Below, one piece after another: positions 55,336 to 64,000 of a DNA stretch of 64,000 nt. A program made the translations under genes and the position numbers. Each line of letters starts with the position of its first letter. Within the stretch, counting starts at the first letter, position 1. The notes beneath the pieces were generated by a model that was not told where the DNA came from, did no database searches, and saw nothing but the letters and a program-made list of their open reading frames with translations. The DNA comes from the human T2T-CHM13v2.0 reference genome, Homo sapiens: assembly GCF_009914755.1 (NCBI RefSeq), contig NC_060929.1; one strand, 5' to 3'.

Positions 55336-57280
55336 TTTTATTTTAGAGCAATTTTGGTTTCATATAAAATTAAGTGAAAGTTACAGAGATTCCATGAAGG
55401 AAGCTATGTATGCTCTCACACATGCAGAGCTTCTCCCATTATCAGCATCCCCTACCAGAGTGGAACATTTGTTACACTTGATGAACCTGCATTAACACAT
55501 CATAATCATCCAAAGTCTATAGTTTACCTTAGGGTTCACTCTTGCTGTAATGACATGTATCCAACATTGTAGGATAATACAGAGTATTTTTCACTGCCCT
55601 TAAAATCCTCTGCATTTCAACTATTCCTTTTTCTTCTCGCTTCCAATTCCTGACAACCATTTATATTTTTCTCTTTTGCCTTTTTGAGAATGTCATACTG
55701 ATGGAATCACACAGGATGTAGCCCTTTCAGATTGGCTTTTTTTCACTTAGTAACATGCTTGATAGCTCATTTCCTTTTAGTTCTGAATAATATCATATTT
55801 TTTTGAAGAATCATGGTTAATTTATTTCATCACACAGGGAGTGACATCTTGGTTGACTCCAAGTTTTGGCAATTATGAATAAAGCTTTTATAAACATCTA
55901 TGTGCAGGTTTTTGTACAGAACTAAGTTCTCATCTCTTTTGGGTAGATATCCAGAAGTGTGATTTCTGTATCACATGGCAACAGTGTGTTTAGTTTTGTA
56001 AGAAACTGCCAAACTGTTCCCCAGAGTGGCTGTACCATCGTGCATTTCTACCAGCAATAAAGGAGAGTTCCTGTTGCTCCACATCCTCACCAACATTTGA
56101 TGTTGTCAGTGGTCTAGATTTTGGCCATTCTGATAGGTAAGTGGTCTCATTTTATTGATTTTTTTTTTTTTAGACCAAGTCTCACTCTTATCCCCCAGGC
56201 ACGGTCTCAGCTCACTGCAACCTCTGCCTCTCGGCTTCAAGAGATTCTCATGCCTCAGCCTCCTGAGTAGCTGGGATTACCGACGGCTGCCACCACAACT
56301 GGCTAATTTTTGTATTTTTAGTAGAGATGGGGTTTCACCATGTTGGCCAGGCTGGTTTCGAACTCCTGACCTCAGGTCATCCACTCACCTCAGCCTCCCA
56401 AAGTGCTGGGATTACAGGCGTGAGCCACTGTGCCCGGCCTTATTGATGTTTTCATTTGCGCTTCTCTGATGACATATGAAGTGGAGCATCTTTTCCTATG
56501 CTTACTTGCCGTGTGTATATCTTTCTTGGTAAGATGTCTCTTAAGGTCCGGCTAATTTTGAAATCTGGTTGTTTGTTTTGTCATTGAGTTTTTAAATTTT
56601 GGATATTAGTCATTTATTCAATGTTTCCTTTGCAAATAGCTTCTTTTAGTCTGTGGCTTATCTTCTCATTCTCCTGACATTGTCTTTCATAGAGCAGAAC
56701 TTTTACATTTTATTGAAGCCTAGCTTATCAATTACTTTTCTCAAGGATTATGCCTTTGGCATATATCAAAAAAAGTTATCACCATCCAAGGTAATCTAGG
56801 TTTTCTCCTATATTTCTTCTAGGGTTTTATAGTTTTGCATGTTACATTTAAATCTGTGATCCATTTTGAGTTAATTTTTTGTGAAGAGTTTAAGGTCTGT
56901 GTCTGAATCCATTTTTACAGGTGGCAGTCCAGTTGTTCCAGCACCATTTGCTGAAAAAAGATTCTCTTTTCTTCATTGTATTTATCTTGCTCTGTCTCAA
57001 AAATCAACTGATCATATTTACGTGGGTCTATTCGTGGGCTTTCTGTTCTGTTCCACTGATCTATTTGTTAATACCCCACTGTATTTTATTATGGTAGCTT
57101 TATGGTAAGTCTGGAAGTTGGGTAGTATCAGTCCTGCAATGTTCTTCTCTGTCAATATTTCATTGGTCATCCTGGCCCTTTTGGTTTTCCCTATAAACTT
57201 TAGAATCATTTTTTGACACCTATAAAATCACAGCTGAAATTTTGATTGGAATAAAAATTTATCTACATATGAAAGTGATT
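55336..57280 (-). mobile_element. L1MC/MD-type 3' UTR and ORF2 end, interrupted by Alu
   Basis: ACCAGAGTGG.ACATTTGTTACA.TTGATGAACCT.CATT.ACACATCAT.ATCA.CCAAAGTC.ATAGTTTAC.TTAGGGTTCACTCTTG; minus-strand ORF2-like peptide ILKFIGKTKRARM..LILPNFQTYHKATIIK. Confidence 0.88.
56159..56439 (-). mobile_element. Alu (AluS family) with small internal deletion
   Basis: Reverse dimer lacking TGGAGTGCAGTGG; TSD TTATTGAT on both sides. Confidence 0.95.
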
Positions 57281-57858
57281 CTATTAGGGAGAATTAACTC
57301 AAATGATTACAAAGGTGAAGTCCCATGACAGGCTGTCTGCAAGCTGGAGAAAGAAAAAAGCGAGTAGTGTGGCTTCCAGGGAAGGTGGTAGCATGGCACA
57401 GTTTAATTCCAAAAGCCTCAAAACCATAGAAGCTGACAATGTAGCCCCTGGTCCGAGGCCAATGGCCTGAGATCCCCTGGGTGGCTGCTGGTGCAAGATG
57501 CAGAGTTTGAAAGCCAAAGAAACAACCTGGAGTCTGATGTCCAAGGGCTGGAGGAGAAAAACTATCCTGCTCCAGAAGAGAAAGTACAGGGTGAGAGGCA
57601 GAGAGAGAGAAAGAGAACAGGCAAATGAGAGTTAAGCACCTGGCATACCCCCTCTTCCACCTGCTTTGTTTTAGTCACGTCTGCAGCTGATTAGGTAGTA
57701 CCCAACCTCATTAGGAAGCACCTTTCTCTCTCAGTCCACTGGCTCACAGGTAAATCTCTTATGGAAGCACCTTCACAGACACACCCAGAAACAACACTTC
57801 ATCAGTCGTCTAGGCATATCTCAATCCAGTCAATTTGACACCTAATAATAATCATCCC
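57281..57858 (-). mobile_element. MLT2 (HERV-L LTR), terminally truncated
   Basis: GATTACAAAGGTGAAGTCCCATGACAGGCTGTCTGCAAGCTG..CCTGGAGTCTGATGTCCAAGGGC..CACAGACACACCCAGAAACAA..CAATCCAGTCAA.TTGACAC.TAA. Confidence 0.88.
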
Positions 57859-58692
57859 AAGTTCGCCCTGCGTCAACTTGACATCCATATGCATCTCCTT
57901 AAGGTATACTTAATTTCCAAACAAAGACAATAGGAAGGTCATCATTCCACCTGATATACAACTGAAAACACACTAATCCTATCCCCAGAAAAGGAAGTAA
58001 ATTATTGAGTAATGTTAATTTCTGATATCCAATAACTTAAACACTATGATGCAAAATTTATAATACTTAAATGCTGACATAAAGTTAATTAACATTACGT
58101 TACGTGATAAAGGAATAACAGAAAATAAAACAAAGATATTTTCTTAATATGAGTGTATATAGCACATATTCCTAACAAAATAAGGAGAAAATACTCATCA
58201 CAATTTCAGTCTTTATTACTATAATCTGTCATGCGGTTGTAGCTGGTATTTGTAACTATCTTCATCTACTACTCATTGTGTATTCCCTTGGCCTTCAGCA
58301 GGCCCTCCAGCTGATCATGGTTCTTCACCTAGTGAGGTGACCCAAACCTTTGTTCCTGAAGGGCCTGGGCCATTCATAATCCCTCTTGGATTGGTTGTTG
58401 TAGTTTCCAATTGACCTTAATTACAGGGCACAGTAATATTAAAAGAAGCCCTAGGGACCTTGTGTATTCCAGACATAATCTTTCTTACTTCCATGTAGTC
58501 CAATTTCCTTTTGGTAGTTTGGATTAATCATCCCAGCCAACACTGTAACTCCCTTCTTAGACTTTTGACTAAGAGGCATGAGGAGCCCAAAGTGGCTGGG
58601 TGGCAATCCTAACTTCCAGTTTCGTAACATCATGGTTGCGTCTCCTGGTAGAAGCATTCCTCCCTCTGGAACTCTAGGCCAGCAGTGGAGCA
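57859..58692 (-). mobile_element. HERV-L/ERVL internal 3' region adjoining the MLT2 LTR
   Basis: Directly abuts MLT2; contains the dUTPase-like frame. Confidence 0.85.
58451..58680 (-). pseudogene. HERV-L dUTPase remnant
   Basis: VPEGGMLLPGDATM..NWKLGLPPSHFGLLMPLSQKSKKGVTVLAGMINPNYQKEIGL; GMINPNY corresponds to dUTPase motif 3 (GVIDxDY) with both Asp changed to Asn. Confidence 0.85.
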
Positions 58693-58699
58693 TCTTAAA

Positions 58700-59120
<421 letters not shown>

Positions 59121-59149
59121 TAACCTCCCCACTCTTAGTACCGAATTTC

Positions 59150-59570
59150 TGTCTTAGTTCTGTTCATGTTGCTATACAGGGATAGCTGAGTAATTTTTAA
59201 AGAAAAGAGGTTTATTTGGCTCTGTTCTGCAGGCTGTAGAAGCACGGCACAAGCTTCTGCTTGGCTTCTGATGGGAACTCATGCTGCTTCCACTCACCAG
59301 GAAGGCAAAAGGGAGCTGATGTGCAGAGATCATATAATGAGAGCAGAAGCAAGAGAGAGGAGTAGGAGGTGCTCGGCTTCCTTCAACAACCAGCTCTGGC
59401 AGGAACCAACAGAGTGAGAACTCAACTGTGACCTCAAGGATAGCACCAAGCCATTTACCAGGGAATCACCTACCCTATGACCAAACACCTTTCACAAGGC
59501 CCCACTCCAAACACTAGGACCAAATTCCAAAATGAGGAGTGGAGGGCCAAACATCCACACCAAAACATCA
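59150..59570 (-). mobile_element. MST (MSTB-like) MaLR solo LTR
   Basis: TGTCTTAGTTC..GTTGCTATA..TAATTT.TAAAGAAAAGAGGTTTATTTGGCTC.GTTCTGCAGGCTGTA..GAGTGAGAACTCA..AGGCCCCAC.CCAA.ACT. Confidence 0.88.
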
Positions 59571-62548
59571 ATGTATTTATTTTTGGGGGTGCTAATGTAA
59601 ATAGTATTGCATTTTAAATTTTAAAATTCTGCTTGTTCATTGCTGGTATGTAAGAAAGCTAGTGATGATTGTATACTAACTTTATATACTGAAAACTTGC
59701 CGTAATTGCCCATTGTTCCAGGAAACTTTTGTTTGATTCACTTGGATTTTCTATATAATGACCATGTAATCTGCAAAAAGAGTTTTATTTCCTCTTTCCT
59801 AATAGTGTAACTTTTTTTTATTTCTTGTCTTATTGCATTAGCTAAAACTTTCAGTACAATGTTGAAAAGGAGCAGAAATAGGAAACATCCTTGCATTGTT
59901 TTCAACCTTAGTGAGAAAGCTTAAGTTTCTCACCATTAGGTATGATGTTAGCTGTAGGCTTTTTGTAGATATCTATTGTCAAGCTGAGCTAGTTCTCCTC
60001 TATTCCTGGCTTACTGAGAGATTTTATCAGGGCTGAGTGTTAGTTTTTTTCTTTTTTTTTCTGTGCTTTTTTGGTATCAATTAATATGATCACGTTTTTA
60101 TTTTTTTAGCCTATTGATATGATGAATTATATTAACTGGCATTTGAATTTTGAACCAGCCTTGCATATTTAACATAAATCCTACATGGTCATGGTATATA
60201 ATCAATTTTATACATTTATAGATTTGATTTGCTAATATTTTGTTGAGAATTTTTGCATCTAAGCTCATAAGAGATAGTGGTCTGTGTTTTCTTTTCTTGT
60301 AATATCTTTGTTTTATATTGGCATTAGAGTGATACCAGTCTCAAAGAGTTAGAAAATATTCCCTCTGCATTCTACCTTCTTAAAGAGATTATAGAGACTT
60401 GGTATAGTATTTTTCTTACATGATTGGTACAGTTTACCAGTGAACATATCTAAGTCTGGTGCTTTCAGATTACTTGTTCAATTTATTTAATATATACAGT
60501 TCTATTTAGATTGGTTATTTCTTCTTATGTGAGCTTTGGCAGATTGTGTCTTTCAATAATTTGTCTATTTCATCTAGGTTATCATAATTGCGGGCATAAA
60601 GTTATGCATATCATGGTTTGATTTTTATTTTAATATCTATGGAATCTGCAGTGATATCCTCTTTTTCATTTCTGATGTCCATAATTTGTATTACCTTTCT
60701 TTTTTTCTTAGTTACACTAGCTAGAGACTTATCAATTTTATTGATCTTTTCCAGTAATCAACTTTTAGTTTTGCTAGTTTTTAAAAATTTATTTCCTGTT
60801 TTCAATTTTATCGATTTCTATTGTACTGCTTTTTTCTTTTTCCTTCTGCTTACTTTGAATTTAATTTGTTATTCTTTTTCTAGTTCCCTAAGGTGGAAAC
60901 TTAGATTATTGATTTTATGTATTTCTTATTTTCGAATACATGCATTCAATGCTATAAATTTCCCTTTATTCACTGGTTTTGCTGCATCCAACAAATTTTG
61001 ATAAGTTGTTATTTCATCTTTAGTTAAAAATAATTTTTATTTTTTCTTGAGGTTTCTTCTTTGAACCATTTGTTGTTTGGAAGTGTGTTGTTTAATTTCT
61101 TCAAATTTTGAGATTTTCCAGTTGTCTTTCTGTTATTGATTTCTAGTTTAATTTGTTGTTGAGTTCAACTAGGTCCTCACTGATTTTCTGCCTGCTGAAT
61201 CTGTCCATGTTTTATAGAGGATGTTTGAAATAATCTACTATGATATTTTATTTATTTATTTCTTCTTTCAGTTCTATCAGTTTTTGCCAAACGTAGTTTA
61301 ACAGTCTGTTGTTAGGTGCATACATGTTAAGGATCATTACGTCTTCTTAGAGAACTGACTCTTTATCGTTATGTAATGCCTTTCTCTATCCCTGATAACT
61401 GTCCCTGCTTGGAAGTCTTTTCCGCCTGAAATTAATGTACCTATTCCATCTTTTTTAGATTAGTCTTAGTATGATATATTTTTCTTCATTCGTTTGCTTT
61501 TAATCTACATGTGTCTTTATTTTTAAAGTTGCTTTTTCCAGACAATATGGAGTTGGGTCTTATTTTTTGATTCACTCTGGCAGTATCTGTATGTTTTTTT
61601 CTTGGAGCATAGATTCAAGTTGCCCTGAATATATATGCACTCAGTCTCAGTTTTTGATTTTGGGAATTTAGTCTATTGAAGTTCAAAATGAATATTTATA
61701 TAGTTGAATTAGTATCTGCCGTATTTCTTACTGTTTTCCATTTGTTGCCATTGCTTTTTATTCCTATTTTTATTTTTCACTTTTCTGCTTTTTGTGGTTT
61801 TAATTGAATGTTTTATATGATTCCCTTTTGTCTCCTTTCTTAGAGTAACAGTTACACCTTTATTAATTTTCTTGCGGTTCCCCTAGATTTTGTAATATTC
61901 ATTCAACCTAATCTAAACCCTCTTTCAGGTAAAATTATACTATTCACTGATAGTGTGAGTATATTATAATAACAAATTAATCTCAATCACTTTCTCTTTC
62001 CTTCTTTATCATCGCTTTTATTCCTTTCTTGTATATGAGAATATAAGCTTATGTATAAGCATTCATTTCTTGTATATAAACATACATAAACATATATGTA
62101 TACATATTATATATACATAAGCATATGTAATCAAATGCATTGCTGCTATTATTATTTTAGGCACTGTTATCTGTTAAATCAATTGAGAATAAGAACAATA
62201 AAAGTTTTCATGTTACCTTCATTTATACCCTTTTTGATGTTCTTTCTTTATCTATAAAAAGCTGAGTTTCTGACCTATATTATTTTTCTTCTCTCTAAAG
62301 AACTTCTTTTAATGTTCCTTGGAGGCAGGTCCACTGGCAACACATTCCCTTAATTTTTGTTTGCCTGAGAAATTTATACTTTTTTCTCCTTTACTTTTAA
62401 AGAATAATTTTTCAGGATATAAAATCATAACTTGGTGTTTTGTTTTGTTTTGCGTTTTTGCTCTCTCAGCACTTTAAATATAATCTGCTTGGTGTTCTCT
62501 AAGAATCCTGGATCTATGATTTAGTGTCTGATTTTAATTTGGATACTT
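59571..62548 (-). mobile_element. Old L1M ORF2 region (probably continues the 55336-57280 element)
   Basis: T-rich L1 antisense motifs: TATGATGTTAGCTGTAGG.TTTTTGTAGAT, TGAACCAGCCTTGCAT, TTGCTAATATTTTGTTGAG.ATTTTTGCATCT, GCTATAAATTTCCCT. Confidence 0.85.
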
Positions 62549-63735
62549 AAAAAAAAATTATTTGTGTATTTATTTTTGTTATACTTTAAGTTCTGGGATA
62601 CATGTGCAGAACATGAAGGTTTGTTACATAGCTATACATATGCCATGGTGGTTTGCTGCACTCATCAACCCATCATCTACATTAAGTATTTCTCCTCATG
62701 CTATCCCTCCCCTAGCCCCCCATCCCCCGACAGGTCCAGTTTGTGATGTTCCCCTCCCTGTGCCCATGTGTTCTCATTGTTCAACTCCCACTTATGAGTG
62801 AGAACATGTGGTGTTTGGTTTTCTGTTCCTGTGTTAGTTTGCTGAGGATAATGGTTTCCAGCTTCATCCGTATCCCTGCAAAGTGCATGAACTCATGCTT
62901 TTTTATGGCTGAATAGTATTCCGTGGTATATATGTGCCATATTTTCTTTATCCAGTCTACCATTGATGGGCATTTGGGTTGGTTCCAAGTCTTTGCTATT
63001 GTGAATAGTGCTGCAATAAACATACGTGTGCATACGTTTTTATAGTAGAATGATTTATAATCCTTTGGGTATCTACCCAGTAATGGGATTGCTGGGTCAA
63101 AATAGTATTTCTGGTTCTAGATCCTTGAGGAATCACCACACTGTCTTCCACAATGATTGAACTAATTTACACTCCCACCAACTGTGTAAAAGTGTTCCTA
63201 TTTCTCCACACCCTTTCCAGCATCTGTTGTTTCCTGACTTTTTAATGATCTCCATTCTAATTGGCTTGAGATGGTATCTCATTGTGGTTTTGATTTGCAT
63301 TTCTCTAACGACCAACGATGAGCCTTTTTTCATGTTTCTGGCCGCATAAATGTCTTCTTTTGGGAAGTGTCTGTTCATATCTTTCACCTACCTTTTGATG
63401 GGGTTGTTTGTTTTTTTTCTTGCAAATTTGTTTAAGTCCCTTGTAGATTCTGCATATGAGCCCTTTGTCCGATGGATAGATCGCAAAAATTTTCTCCCAT
63501 TCTGTAGGTTGCCTGCTCACACTGATGATAGTTTCTTTTGCTGTGCAGAAGCTCTTTAGTTTAATTAGATCCCATTTGTCAATTTTGGCTTTTGTTGCCA
63601 TTGCTTTTGGTGTTTTAGTCATGAAGTCTTCACCTATGCCTATGTCCTGAACGGTATTGCCTAGGTTTTCTTCTAGGGTTTTTATGGTTCTAGGTCTTAC
63701 ATTTAAGTCTTTAATCCATCTTGAATTAATTTTTG
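62549..63735 (-). mobile_element. L1PA (L1PA7/8-like) 5'-truncated ~1.2-kb insertion
   Basis: ORF2 C-terminal peptides ([31 protein letters not shown]; MFIAALFTIAKTWNQPKCPS); TSD AATTTGGATACTT (62536-62548) / AATTTGGAGACTT (63736-63748). Confidence 0.96.
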
Positions 63736-64000
63736 AATTTGGAGACTTCTAAAGATATTATTGTTTCAAATATTTCTTCTTTTCTCTCTTCTCTCTCCTT
63801 ATGGTATTCCTATTATGTGTGTGTTACATCTTTTATACTTGTCCCACAGTCCTTGGATATGTTGTTCTTTTTTTTTTCCTTGTCTTTGTTTTCTTTGCTT
63901 CTCAGTTTTAGAGGATTTTATTGATAAATCCTGAAGCTTAGAGATTCCTTCCTCAGTCATGTCCTGTCTATTAATAAGCCCATCAAAGGCATTCTTTTCT
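63736..64000 (-). mobile_element. Old L1M fragment, continuing past the L1PA insertion
   Basis: ATTATTGTTTCAAATATTTCTTCT..TTCTCTCT..TTGTCCCACAGT.CTTGGATAT..GATTC.TTCCTCAG.CATGTCC.GTCTA.TAATAAGCCCATCAAAGGCATTCTT. Confidence 0.75.

Noticed and set aside
60618-61001. Hydrophobic membrane-protein-like 127-aa ORF
   Set aside because: Antisense reading of T-rich L1 sequence yields F/L/I-rich peptides.
62781-63622. L1 ORF2-like ORFs as active genes
   Set aside because: Frameshifted fragments of a 5'-truncated ~1.2-kb L1PA with no promoter, ORF1 or RT.

Overview
Primate (very probably human) non-coding genomic DNA. I see no credible protein-coding gene, RNA gene or CRISPR array; the long ORFs come from Alu, L1, (TG)n or VNTR sequence or look random. 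The left ~45 kb alternates GC/CpG-rich patches with repeat-poor, TAAT/octamer-dense blocks that resemble developmental enhancers. The right 10 kb is a nested pile of minus-strand L1/Alu/LTR elements. Annotated content: 12 Alus (many with target-site duplications, TSDs), several L1 3' fragments, MaLR LTRs (MLT1, THE1, MST), MER5-like DNA transposon relics, a 7x64-bp VNTR and a decayed ~100-bp-period TG-rich array. There are also two separate ERV-L fossils: a plus-strand gag/integrase/dUTPase remnant at ~32.0-34.3 kb, and a minus-strand MLT2 plus dUTPase at 57.3-58.7 kb. The least explained structures are three local duplications: (i) a ~225-bp inverted duplication (50184-50410 / 51290-51516) bounded by an 18-bp perfect palindrome and a 13-bp-stem hairpin; (ii) an 82-bp near-identical inverted copy of neighbouring L1 sequence lodged in a (TA)n tract; (iii) a ~145-bp diverged direct duplication bracketing a CpG-rich patch. 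I cannot support a claim of a new biological system. Subfamily calls come from recalled consensus sequences and need RepeatMasker/Dfam confirmation.
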